A stretch of 64,000 nucleotides of DNA, from positions 1,116,001 to 1,180,000 of the forward strand of contig JAMWBK010000006.1 of the NCBI GenBank assembly GCA_029953675.1, given 5' to 3'. The position numbers and the translations under genes were made by a program. The first letter of the stretch is position 1. The number at the start of each line of letters is the position of its first letter. Positions 1-12,039 of this stretch are shown here, one piece after another. Below the pieces are notes generated by a model. It had not been told where the DNA came from. It did no database searches and saw nothing but the letters and a program-made list of their open reading frames with translations. The stretch comes from Rhodosorus marinus CCMP1338. Taxonomy: Eukaryota; Plantae; Rhodophyta.

Positions 1-244
1 ACCAACCCAAGGACGCATCCAAAGGCTCGCTCTTCGGGACTTTTGGGAAACCTTCATCCGGGTAAGTCTCTTTAGTGTCAAAGTTTAACACGTTTTCAGT
101 AGAGGGGATTATGTCGTCGTCTTTCTGTGTCGAACTATGACTGAGCGGAATAACTTGCCCCTCCTTTCAAATTGCGTTCAGCAGTGTGAGGCCTGTTCTT
201 ATTTCCGAGGACGGAAAAACGGTTGGCTTTCAGCCAAAGAATGA
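1..244 (+). CDS. 3' end of a spliced gene truncated by the window edge (hypothetical protein)
   Basis: Open frame ...PTQGRIQRLALRDFWETFIR ends at a strong GTAAGT donor (62). A ...GTTCAG acceptor (181) is followed by QCEACSYFRGRKNGWLSAKE-TGA (242-244). No family recognised. Confidence 0.3.
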
Positions 245-1935
245 GTAAGGTCTATTCCAATGAACACATCGCGAACAGACTTTGCCATACCGGCCCGTCA
301 TGATCTGCCGTTGGGTGCTTGTTTTGTTCCCCTGAAGAGGAGAACGGTTCTCCCTAGGCCAGCAAAGAGTTGAGTGTTTTGTCCCTCAATGGCGAGTGAC
401 CAAAGCGTTGTGCGCCTTGGTGGGTTGTGGGTTAGACGTATCTGACTCATCACTGCCCCTTTTGCGTTGTGTGGAAATACACAGTAGGCCGCCTAGGTAC
501 GGGCCACCAATTTAGGAAGCTTTCTCGGCTTGATTCGGGTTTTCGAATTATTGGGGACGGTTGGATTGTTCCCAGTTGGTAGGCATCCAGCAGAAAGGCG
601 TAACCTGGAGACGACGAGGACTGGCTTCAGACTGAATTGGTGATGGCGCTCTCGGCCGCGATGCTTCGCGGAAGGACAGGCCTGACAGCGCTCCGATCAT
701 GATTTTCAAGGCGGTTTGCGTTCTAATTGTCGTGCTTGGAGGTACCACATGCTACGCTTTGGCCATTGCTCTCGGTGGAGAGGGCCGAAATTCTCCGTTG
801 CGCAGCCTCTGGAGCCCCATAGTCGCGACTCTGCAGCTTTTGTGTAATCTATCCGGAACCAATACAGTACAATATTAAAGAAGCAGTTGCGATTCGTCTG
901 AGGCCGAAGAACAACACTACCGGCGTGTGAAGGCGGGGCTCGACATGGTCGATCATCCAATGCTAGTCTGAGTTGGCAGCATGCACGATACCCACATTGC
1001 AAGGCTACCCTGCAAACGCATAGATGCAAACCAAACCACGCGATATCAACTGCCGAGCCGCTCCACAACTTCTTTCTATCGACGTCGAAAGTTATAGAAT
1101 ACGGTTGCTTCCTGAGCTCAGGGAAAAAACCTTGCTCCACTCAGATCACGGTGGACAAGCACAAACCCAAACAAGACACCAGTGCGAAGCAAGCACCGGT
1201 CCCGTCCCGGCCGCAGGTGTGGTGTAGGTCAATACTCCCAGATCCTCATCAACGGCGCACCTAGCCTCAACCATCCATCACCCGCGCACAGGGAGCAAGT
1301 AGTTAGCCTCTGAATAAACGAATGATGATGAGCAACTCCAAAAAAAGAATTGACTCGTGTACCGCTTTTGTCCCAAACCAAATTGTCCCAACCATAACTC
1401 AGCCCTCCCGAAAATAAGAAATTGACAATAAAGTAAAAGCCAAGGACAAAAAAGAAAATCATGTGCAAAACGATTGAAGATCAATCATCCCCACCGTCAA
1501 TCATTTTCTTCCACCCAGTCACACCGCGGCCGGCGACGCCCTGATGATGTAACATGGGATCATCTTCTAACATAGGGGTTCCGAGTTTGTTCTTTCATTT
1601 CCGAAAAACTGTTTTTCGGTGTGATCATAGATGGGGTTGATTTATTGATGTCACCAGGTTGCTAATAGTCAAACTTTGCAGGGGGGTAGGCGATTGGATA
1701 TACCAAAAACGTGGAAGAAGGGGGGGGGGTAAAATGGTGTTTTTAGTAAATTTTGGAGGACGTGGAGGGGTTTTTTTGCTTGGGTTCGGTTTTTCGTTTT
1801 TTTTTGGTGGTCGCGGGGAGGATGATTGAAAGGGTCGAATTTGGTAGGGGAACGGAGACGGGGGAGGCCGCAGGGGAGGAGTGCGATAGGTAGGTTTGGG
1901 TGTGTGTTGTTGAGGTTTGTGGTGGAAACCTAAAA

Positions 1936-2925
1936 ATGGCGCGTGGGCAGAAGAAGCATATGAAGCGGCTTGCCGCACCGAATCATTGGATGCTTGACAA
2001 ATTGACGGGGATTTTCGCACCGAGACCTTCCCCGGGTCCGCACAAGTTGAGGGAGTGCCTGCCGTTGGTGATCATTCTTAGGAACAGGTTGAAGTATGCG
2101 TTGAATGGCTCTGAGGCTAATCAGATTGTGAAGCAGAGGTTGATTAAGGTTGATGGCAAGGTCCGCACGGATGCTACCTTCCCGTCCGGGTTTATGGGTG
2201 AGTAAAGTTTTTGTTCGATCATTTATTGGCTTCTATTTTCCCACTGCGTTGGTTTAATCTTATGTTGTTTTGCGAGTTTTATCTTAACCTTGGATCTGCG
2301 CTCGCTCTTTGTATACGAATAGACGTTATCAGTATTGAGAGGACCAACGAAACCTTCCGACTTCTGTACGACGTCAAGGGGCGATTCAAGCTGCACAGGA
2401 TTACGACAGAGGAAGCCAAGTACAAGCTTTGTAAAGTGAAGCGGGCTCAGCTTGGACCTAACTCAGTGCCTTACATTGCGACTCATGACGGAAGATATAT
2501 TAGGTATCCCGACCCGCTGATTAAGGTTGATGACACGGTGATGATCGATATTAACACTGGAAAGGTGAGTAAGGAGCAGCGCCGTTACGAACTGATCAGT
2601 ACAAGGAGCTCACGATGAGGGTTCTTTTTCGAAATGCTAGGTCATTGACTTTGCGAAGTACGATTTGGGAAATCTGGCCATGGTTACGGGTGGACACAAT
2701 ATTGGCCGAGTAGGAACTATTGTCACAAGAGAAAAGCATCCTGGATCAACTGAGATTGTCCGTATTCGTGACGCGAACGGTCATGATTTCGCCACCCGAA
2801 GGGGGAACGTGTTCATTATCGGAAAGGGGACAACCCCTCTCATCTCCCTTCCTAAGGAGAAGGGTATTAAGAAGACTATCATCGAAGAATTCGAAGCAAG
2901 GTCAGGAAAGAAAATTACAGCATAA
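1936..2925 (+). CDS. RPS4: 40S ribosomal protein S4 (eS4), 3 exons, 262 aa
   Basis: [25 protein letters not shown]...[16 protein letters not shown] is the canonical eS4 N-terminus. Exons 1936-2197, 2323-2564 and 2641-2925 join in frame through GTGAGT...AG introns (789 nt). Confidence 0.98.
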
Positions 2926-5274
2926 AAACAATAACGATGAAATAAACGAGTACTTTTTGAAGACTGCACTTGTGCGACGAGGAATACGAAGCGGTTTAAT
3001 TTGTATTCTTAAGATATGCTTTTGGTAGACGATGCACCACGGCGCGACCCGGCTTCGCAGATCTCCGTGCGGATAATGCTCGCTCCAGCACAAGTGGGGG
3101 TGTAACAGTATCAGAAGCCAGTGAAATAGGATCGTTGATGGCAGACCATAGAGCACGCAGACACCCTAAAGACAGAATTGCTATGCTCCAAGGACCCTGA
3201 GCGACTATAACCGGCATGGGTCCAGACACCTCGCCCACGTTGAAATAGTTTCATTCAATCATAGGTCCAAGGGCTGCCTGCGACATTCAGTGCGTCGTTT
3301 CAGTATCTAGATGAACGCGCGTACGGAGCAGTCAATGCTGGGGTCCTATAGCTTCGGGACGATCGACTTTGGGTAACGAATTACAGATCGCGTATTCAGC
3401 GCGAAGGAGTGCTCAATGGGAAGTGCTCTAGCTACTGTGAACAGCATTGCATCGAGAAAATCCCGGCTTCCCTCCTAAATCCTGCTGTGCAGAACATGCC
3501 GTCCTTGACTATCCTTTCCATGCTCTATCAAGTTTGTGATCTCAGTCTACATTTTCAAGAGTCGCAAAACTGAAACAAGAAAGGCGAAGAGAATTGAGCG
3601 GAACCTTTGGATAGGATTCTTGGCTCCGTTACCCAGCGTCCTGCTGAAAGCCTAACCGGTGAAACAGATGGGGCGTTCTCATCCAAGCTGTGCAAAGGGC
3701 CTTGTGTTTGGTGATCAACGCTCGCTCTTGAGCTTTCTGGGACCCATAATGACTGCATCAGTCAAGACCGCTATGAGCAGAGTCATATTTTTTATCCGGG
3801 TCGACTCCACCCCCGTAGAAGAGGCAACATACGGTTCTCGAAGTAGCCCCTCAGGCCGTTCTCCCAAGAAAAGGAAATTTGATAATCAAATATTTCAGAA
3901 TTAAAACAGGACCTTCATGATGCCCTTTGGAGGTTGAACAGACCCCCCAAATCCTCCACCCCAATTTGCAGAATGCGCGAGCGTCTCAGAGACGAAACCT
4001 AGGAGGGGGGTCGATTGCCCGCGTGTTTCGGGTGGGGGAGAGACTTCATCATTCATTTTTTTTTATTAAACTGTAAGACGAGACCTGTTGCAAGCGTGGA
4101 GAACAAGGGCTAATAGTTCCAATTATCTCTATTCACTGGCGAGTAGCCCATTTTACATGTACCACAATGCGATATCTTGTTCTAGAACTAGTTTTCGGTA
4201 CTATTAGAACTCCGGGGAGGAAGTTCCAACCCCCCCCCCCCTTTGTGGGTCTAGACCACAAAATTTCTTATCCTCAATCATTAACGAGACAAGAGATTGA
4301 TATCAATCAATATAATCCTGAAGTACCCAATTATTTCTTCTGCTGACTTTAATAGACTAGTATTAGTCAACATAAGTTCGGACAGGCTGCTTCGCGTGGG
4401 CTAAGCCATCCGCGAGTGACGGTTAGGAGCACTTTGAAGTCGATACATGTCAAAAAATAAGAAAACGCATGGATTTCTTGCACGGATAAGCTTACGGGTA
4501 CAAAACAAATCCGTAATATCATGTCCAGATGGAAATGAAGAAATAAGTTTCGCTAGTTTCGATAAGTAGACAGTTTCCAGTCAATCAAAGAGGAGGGGGG
4601 GAAACTTGAGCCCATAGCATCCTAAACCTTGAATATTTGTTAAATATCATATCGGAGATATTGACGCTTTACTGTCATCCCATTGTTTTCTTCAGGAAAA
4701 TAAGGAAAGGTCCCAGAGAATTGTTTTAGGAGGAGCGATGTTTCACCTGATGTGTAAAAACACCTTTGGGTGAAGGAGTTGGGGGTCTGTGTCTGGGGGC
4801 TTCCTGATACAGAACGCCAAGCACTTGAACTCATTTAATAGTTCTTTCTTTAATTGGCCAAGCTTTCGGGAGTGCTTTGAGAGAAAAATCAGGAACATTT
4901 GTCTGTAGCGGTATCCATATATCTCAGTTACCTTAGGGGGGTGTTTGGTGTTTGGTTTGTTCTGTTTGACCTGCTGCGGGGGTTGGATAAGATCTAGTTT
5001 CGAAGCGACTGGGATGGGTGTGAGGAGGGCTTGAAGAACAGTTGCATGGGTATGCTGGTTCTTCTTCGATAAGAGAAAAGGGCGAAGCATCGATGAGGAA
5101 GGTGGTGGATATTCTGGCGAGTCGAGTTGTGGTGGCTGGGTGCTCTGGGGAAAGGAGAAGGGGTGGCTGTTGAAGGGTTTCGGGGAAAGGGGTTTTTGGG
5201 GAGGGGGGAGCTTGAGTGTTTGAGTGTCCGCTTTTTGTTGTTGTTTTTGCTCTCCCTGAGCATAAAAATAGACG

Positions 5275-7577
5275 ATGCCGAACAATTTGGTGGTTGGGGG
5301 TGGACGGTCGTCGTCGGGGAATGGTGTCTCAGGAACCGGATCTGCGTTTCTGCTGTTTGCTCTCGGGAAGACGTTCAGGGCATTGGCGGCGTTTGCGGCG
5401 TTTCATGCGTTAAGATCGCATCATTTGCCTGCCCTACTGTTCCTGTTCATTGCGACTGCAGGCGCGGCTCTCTCCGTGGTTGGGGTGCAGCGGCCCTGGA
5501 ACGGGAAACCCATTTCTAGCCAAAAAGTATCCAAGGTATTGACGACTGCAAAAGCTGAACTAGCAATGGTTGATTGAGCTAGAAATTAGCGATCCTAACG
5601 CTTGGGCCCGTCCGCTTACTGACTTGCTTAGTTGGTCGTTGGAGGGATGATTCTTGCGGTGACGCTTGCCCTGTGGACGCTAGGCTTGAGAGAATGCGGA
5701 CCTCTTCGGACGCTGGTGATGGATGGAGCAGAGATGCCGTTGTACTATCTCTTTTCCGTCTATACGAACAGGGAGAAGGCCGATAAGCGAAGAACTAAGG
5801 GAACGGTTCTGGTGAGTTCTACACGGAATCCTAGGTGGAAAGCTCTCGTTGCAAGGAGGAGCTACTTTGCGGTTGTTTTGTTCGTTGGGCTAGGCCCTCT
5901 CTCAAAGATGCTTGTTTTTTCTCCTGCCAATCAAAGATCATTATTGCGTACCTGCTGCTGATGTTCGATGCTACCAATCGTGTACCTTCTGGCCAGGGTC
6001 TTCTGCAGAAGACCCGAATGGGTAGAGAATTGGACGAGAAAATCGTTCGTTTCAAAAACGGAACTCTTGCCAAGCTGTATGAGTTCAAGGACGTGGCCTT
6101 GAATAAAAGCACGAGTGACGTAGGTCACGGCTCCACGATTTGCGCCCCTAAAGCGTTTTTTTTTTGTTCAAGAGATTGAATGTTCTTCTTTCCGCTTGCT
6201 TGTAGCATGGTGATTCTAGGCGGCGATTGTTGTCATTTATTGAAGACCCAGAGAAGCTCGCGGAGGTTGAGAGCGCGAAGCTGCACGTTCGCCGTCTCCA
6301 AGCAACAGAGAAGAAGGCAGATGCAAATTCTGATGAAGATGAAATGGATGTTGCGGACGATGAAGCAGGAGAGATTCCTGCTAGAGGAAGAGCGCGGCGC
6401 ATTGTGAAGGATGAAAACGTGGACGACGAGGACGACGAAGACGACTCGCATGATGGTGACGACGGTGACGACGGTGACGACGGTGACGACGATATCGATG
6501 ACGAATACGTTCCTGATGAGGACTACGATGATGATATTCAGAGATGGGATGATGACCCAGAGGAAGAGGACTATGAGGATGGTACGCGGCCACAAGTGCG
6601 CACCTTCTCACGTCGCAAAACAGTACTGAAGCCTTCCGCTGTGCTGCTCATGTGGTTGTTCAGTTACGGACGAGTACTATGATTATGACTACGAGGATGA
6701 GTACGACTACCCGGCAGAGTATGATGCAGAGAAGGAACTGGACGGTAGGCAGCATCACCAACGCTTTAATTCGTTTCTGTACTCGTCGGTTGAGTCGTCT
6801 GTGTTTTCTTTTCTGTTCTGGAAACTTCCAACAGCTCCTCGGTTCAAGGATAAGGCCAAAGTCATGCGCACGATTAGCTCCGAGGAAATCGGGCAATTCA
6901 GGAAACCGCATCGAGTTATTGGCGTACTGCTGATTGTTGCTTCCTCGGTCATCACACAAGTAAGCGATCGCAACGCTAGATTTTTGTTTTTTCCGCATTC
7001 AATTTCTAACGCGTCTATTCTCGGTGACGCAGGCAAGCCGTGGTTATACCAGACACCTGGCTACGGAAATCGGCGGAGCGAAAAGATACTTCTCGTTGTC
7101 GCTCGCGACTGCTTCCGGCTCGCTCTTGATCCCAGGCGCATTGGCTTACTACTTCTCCAAAGTACCCGTACATCTCACGCCGATTTCGTTGGCACAGTTC
7201 TTGCTCGTCGGGTTCCTGTGGCTGGTGTTCCCGTATTATATCAGGTCGATTGTGAGCACGAAGTTGAACTCCAGAATACTGCTGCAGGTGAGGAAGTGAA
7301 GAGAACAAGGTACCCTCCTTGGCTTCCAAACATCTGACCTGACCGATTGTTACCTCATGGGTGTCTTCTCGCTGTATAGGCTGGAGTTTTGTTTCCATTC
7401 GTCATCGCCGCGATTGCCTCGTTTATTTTTGGATTTGGGGCTTCAGCTGGCGGTGTGAGCTTCCTTCTGTTAATATCTTTCGCGCTAAGTTCGGTTGGAT
7501 TCAAGCTCGTCATGGCGGACATGCGGCACGGACCAGAATTGCCAACGGCTGATAGCAAATCCTCTGACAAGGACTAA
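5275..7577 (+). CDS. ZnT5/SLC30A5 (plant MTP12) N-terminal-domain-like 10-TM protein lacking the CDF cation-efflux domain; 8 exons, ~552 aa; large acidic loop
   Basis: Exons 5275-5535, 5632-5811, 5937-6119, 6206-6581, 6664-6744, 6835-6959, 7033-7287 and 7380-7577 splice in frame with GT-AG. Motifs LWTLGLRECGPLRTL, TKGTVLIIIAYLLLMFD, RHLATEIGGAKRYFSLS and PYYIRSIVSTKL match the ZnT5 N-terminal region as I recall it (LWFFGLTLCGPLRTL, TRGAAFFIIAVICLLLFD, RKLSVDVGGAKRLQALS, FYVDSICSVKM). The stop follows TM10. Confidence 0.8.
6454..6490 (+). repeat. 9-bp coding tandem repeat (GGTGACGAC)x4 encoding GDD repeats
   Basis: Direct reading: gat-ggtgacgac-ggtgacgac-ggtgacgac-ggtgacgac, within the Asp-rich exon 4 of the ZnT5-like gene. 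Confidence 0.9.
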
Positions 7578-7843
7578 CCGAGGGACTTCTACACTTTTCC
7601 ACGATCTATGTTCATAGCGGAAAATGAGGTGTAGAACAAGAACTAGCAATGTTTGCAGCTTGTGAATGTCCTAGCCTAGACTACAAGTCGGGTTTCTCCT
7701 ACCGGATATTAGTCCCGTGCATAGTACTGCCGAGAAACTGCGAGCTTCTCCAAACTCAATAGCCTATGTTTTCACAAGTTTAGAACCGTAAATTTTACCC
7801 ATCAGGTTCTTTCATATCGCATGCTTGGTAGCCGGAACACAAA

Positions 7844-7909
7844 GGTAGCGGCTACATATCAAGCAGCCGAGCTGCACTCCCTTCACAGACGGGAGTGCAG
7901 CTCGCTACC
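7844..7909. other. Intergenic inverted repeat / candidate structured element (perfect 14-bp stem, possible three-way junction)
   Basis: cgagctgcactccc (7868-7881) is the exact reverse complement of gggagtgcagctcg (7891-7904), with a 9-nt loop. ggtag (7844-7848) can pair with ctacc (7905-7909), and cggct can pair with agccg (7849-7853/7865-7869). Confidence 0.75.
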
Positions 7910-9127
7910 AGAAGAATCTGAATGGAATCCTGCACCATGAAGAATCCCGACGGTCAGAGGACATGACAAACTTCGGTTCTCGCTGAAGACAAACAGATGC
8001 TGTCCAGTTTTCGCGAAACACTACAAGGGCGCAGTGCCCTACACAGTTCAACCAAAAAATAGAGGTGCTAATTGGGCACTTGACTTCAGCTTCCGTTCCG
8101 TTCGGATCGCAAGTACTAGGCTTGCAGCTGTATCCTCAGAGTGGAGGGGGTATTTCAGTTGTCTCCAGACAATTTTCGTACTGCCGTAAGGCATCATCAT
8201 ATCCTCACCACCCGAACTGACTGCAGCTGAGCTTTCTAGGTGCAGCCACCCGCACCTCCTTTCCTACTCCTCCCGAACCTACGGCTTAAAATGACGAACA
8301 AATATACATATAATTACCATATACGCAGTCTATTTCTAGCAATATTCACAGTTCACCGAACAGGTTATCGTATAAACTGCAGTCATTATGCGCTTACGGA
8401 TGGGCGTGGTTAATAGGAGAAAATTTTCTTGCATCGTTATTTTTTTGGTCAAAGATTTTTCGACGGTCAGCTGTAAACACTCTCCTTTTCTGTTCTCATT
8501 TGGTGTTACAGTGTTTCACGAGAGCATCCATTGGACAAGGGATAAACATACATCCAATTAAATCGTGATTTCTTCGTACAAGGACACTGGGCAGTAAATT
8601 ATTTGTAGTAGAGGGCAAAGTTTCTCGTAATACTACAAAACAAATTGGCGAAAAAGGCCCCCGGCTGAAGTTTCTAAATAAAAACGAAACTGAAAATTAA
8701 CACAATATAAAATTATGGAAATATTCCTCAGGCCAAGAATAAAGCTCATTGGCGAATGTTTGTCTGGTGCAGAATTTGCTCTGAAAATTCGGAATCCAGA
8801 GGAAAAAAGAATTGTGGAAGATTTTATGTGGCCAAAAAAAAAGCCCAATGATACACTTCGGTTCCAGTACTGTATTTTTTCGGGTATGTTGGAAAGGTCG
8901 GACGGAGCAGTTTTAAGTCCCCGATGAAAAAGTGATTCTAGGTTGGAGGGGGGGAGAGGTGGGGGTGGGGTGATGATATTGGAAGGGTGGGAATCCAGGA
9001 GAAGAAGCTCTGGTCTGACTGAACACAGCACTGTTTTAGTTTTCAACTGAAGCTTGTTCCCCTTGTGAACAAGTTAGTGAAACGGCTGGGGACGGGCGGG
9101 CGGGGCCGGAGGGTTGGGGGCATCGCA

Positions 9128-11692
9128 ATGAGAGTAGCGATAGTGGGTGGGAACTTGACAGGATGTGCAACAGCCTGGTTATTGGAGAAGTCGTACACGG
9201 ATCTTCGAAAAGAGTATGAACTGCAGGCTAGGTATCAGGAAGATGACAGTGATGTACTACCTCCACCGCCTGAGCACTTCAAGGTAGGGATTTATTGGAG
9301 AAGATCCTCTGTTGGGGGATCACAGGCTGGCTAACCACAACGTTGTGCTCCATGCTATGGCTCTGTTTTGCGTCTAGGTGACGATATTTGAGAAACGTCC
9401 AGTTTTAGGTGGGAATAAGATGCAAACGGAAGTAATTGAGGATGTCGCGGTTGAGGTATGCAGGCTAGAAGCAAGACGTTGCAGATGCAATACGACGAAA
9501 GCGGAATTCAGAGTGTTAAAGAACTACGGGTATCTTTGTGTTTCTTGTTTCTTTTCCGCATTGCGTGTATGCTTAGGCTGGTAGACACTCTACACTTCAT
9601 TCTGATGGTGTATACGTTGGGGAGGTCCTGGATCAAATGAGCTCCGAGATTGAGCTGGATCGGTTCTGGCTTGAAGGAACCGGCTACCATAGCGTTCGGA
9701 GTTTTGCGATCTACGACGCGGACAATTCTCAATATGCGTTCCGCCATGCTGGATACTGGGGTCTCGATATTCTGAAGGTCGTCGCAAGTTCAAGTAGGTT
9801 TTTGGATGATTAGATGTCGACTCGAATGCTTTTTGCAAGAAACTGAGAGGCCAGCTTCTCCTCCGATGTTCCTTCAGTTTTCACTCGGTTGCTTCTGCTT
9901 GTGGGTTGTGGATTCGCGCTGTACCACGGACGATTCGAAATGAGTGGACTTGCTCGGTTGAAAACGATTGCCGCAGCCCTCCTCATATTCTTCAGCTTGG
10001 TGCTTTTCCCTCAGCGTTTCCTATCGAGGGTAAACCGCTCATTTGCATTTTGGTCATCCGCTATCGTTGGTTTGATGACCTATGGGACTACTGCCGCTCT
10101 ATCTAGAGGAGCGTCAAAGGTGACATTAGAACCGCATTAGCCCAGTGCACCCCTGCAATGTGGTTTGCACTCAGTACAGTATCTTTGCTCATTCTGGGGG
10201 AGTAGGGTTTTACAGACCACTTCAAGGCAATGCTCAAGGCCAACGCCACGACAAAGAGCATCACACTGGGGCATTTATTCAATCGCTGTGGATTGGGGTC
10301 GTACTGCTCAACTGATGCCGAATCAGCTTTCCGGAGCTTCAAGTTTTTGCCTGCGTTTGTAAAGCACTACTCTGATACGCAACTTCAAGTGGACAATGCG
10401 AACTCGCAACTTGCAGCAAAAGATGTTTCAACTCTTGCGGCGATGCTGTGTCAACAGAGAGCGGACGTTAGCGAAGGGGACAAAGTGCTGAGGATAAGAG
10501 GTGAATAGGCTATTCGCTGACCTAAGGAGGGACGTTCGTAGGTGGCTTACAGACGGACTTTTTGTGTTGATGGCCATGTTTTGTCAGGCGGGAACGCCAA
10601 ACTATGCGAAGCTCTCGGGCGTGGGTCTCGACAGATGCTGAACGCAGAAGTGGTCAAGATCAAGAAGAGTAGTACGGAGGAGATCAAATCTGGCAAGCCG
10701 GTGTACACTCTTAGCTACAAAATTCCAGCTCAAACGGAACCTGTGGAGGAGGAATTTAATGGAATCGTCCTCGCCTGCTCGCCCAACATGGAGGAGCTCA
10801 CCTTTGAAACTCCTGGGATTGATAGCAGTGGCGACGTTTTCGGATACACCAAGGAGATCCTCACCACGCAGACTCTGGGAAATCGAAGCAGGTAAGCGAT
10901 CGCCATTGACCGTTACTCCTGACCCGCGGGTCACTGACAAAGATTGTGGTCACTTTTTGCTAATGTGGATATTCCTGTTGACCTGGCAGGTGGTTGGCGC
11001 TCGTTGGAGGTACATTAAATCACCGCTACCTCGGTCACTTGATTGCAGATACCGTCCCAGATATGATTCTTTCTACTTCCGGCAAAGACTGGCTGAAGGT
11101 ACTGTGTGCTTGCCTCCCTGGGAGCACCGTCACACTCACTTCCGACGCGTAGGGCATACTCTGGACTTCGTCTTACGAAGCGAAATCCTACTTCGTTCCT
11201 CTTTTGCAGATTGAATGTGTTGCAGAATCCAAAAAGGGCAAGATCTGGTCCGTAATATGTACAGAAGAACCGAAGGCAGGCAAAGGATTAATTGCTGAAC
11301 TCTTCACGGACGTTAGAGAGATGAAAGTCAGGGAACGCAGTCAGCCGAGGTATAAGCCTCGGGAGTTCATCAACGGTGTTGACGGAAACGATGTCCCCAG
11401 TTTAATTCTGGGCACTCGGTAAGTGTTTCACTCAGAGGGAGAGAGGTTGACCTCCAAATCAAAAAGAGCGAGAACATAACGCTTCTGGCCCGATGCCCGA
11501 TTGTTTCCGTCATACAGGTTTATCAACGCCGCTGGGATGGACCGGCTTTCCTGTGATCCCGAGACTGACATAATTTCCGCCTGGAACGCAGCAAGCCTAT
11601 TTTCTGTCGGGGTCAATTGGATGGAAGAGAGGGAAGAAGAGGGAGAGGAGGAGGAATTCTATAATGCTCCTGTGGACGAGCTCACCAGCTAG
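9128..11692 (+). CDS. Prenylcysteine oxidase / farnesylcysteine lyase-like flavoprotein, multi-exon
   Basis: Rossmann FAD motif MRVAIVGGNLTGCATAWLL followed by VTIFEKRPVLGG. Downstream segments LLNAEVVKIKK...YTLSY...EEEFNGIVLAC resemble the Prenylcys_lyase domain. Several GT-AG introns; TAG at 11690-11692. Not all internal exon boundaries were resolved. Confidence 0.65.
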
Positions 11693-12039
11693 TCTGCGAA
11701 CTCGTCGAACTCTATGTCCGAACTTTCACCTCATTCTCCCTCCTTAAATTTTGAAAAGTTCCGTCCATGTCGATACAATCTGGATTATGTCTACTAGTCC
11801 TTAGCTTTTTCACGGATTTCAACCTGCTTCCCATAAAGAAGAGTCTCACCACTGGTGGCGGGGTACGTCGTGCTCACAGCAGAGACAATACTGGGAAGTG
11901 ACCAGGGAGTTTGGACTTATGTGCTCGTAGGGGGCGAGTTTGAATCAGCTTGTTCAATAAATGGTTCTTTCTATTGTACATTATTACAATTTTTCTTATC
12001 CTTGCTACTTCGTGGCGGCTTTAGGCCCCGACCACCAAT

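Noticed and set aside
548-1484. Minus-strand ORFs upstream of RPS4 as a gene
   Set aside because: Some protein-like stretches are present (KQPYSITFDVDRKKLW), but joining them needs weak GTTTG donors and gives no recognisable product. Left unannotated.
1541-1630. TGATGA box-C-like motif upstream of RPS4 as a C/D snoRNA
   Set aside because: No CTGA box D or terminal stem at a suitable distance.
5527-5631. U12-type intron (GTATCC donor, ATCCTAAC branch-like)
   Set aside because: The donor is GTATCCAA rather than GTATCCTT. The branch-like motif is ~35 nt from the acceptor, a U2 branch (ACTGAC) lies closer, and an alternative donor at 5536 fits the alignment better.
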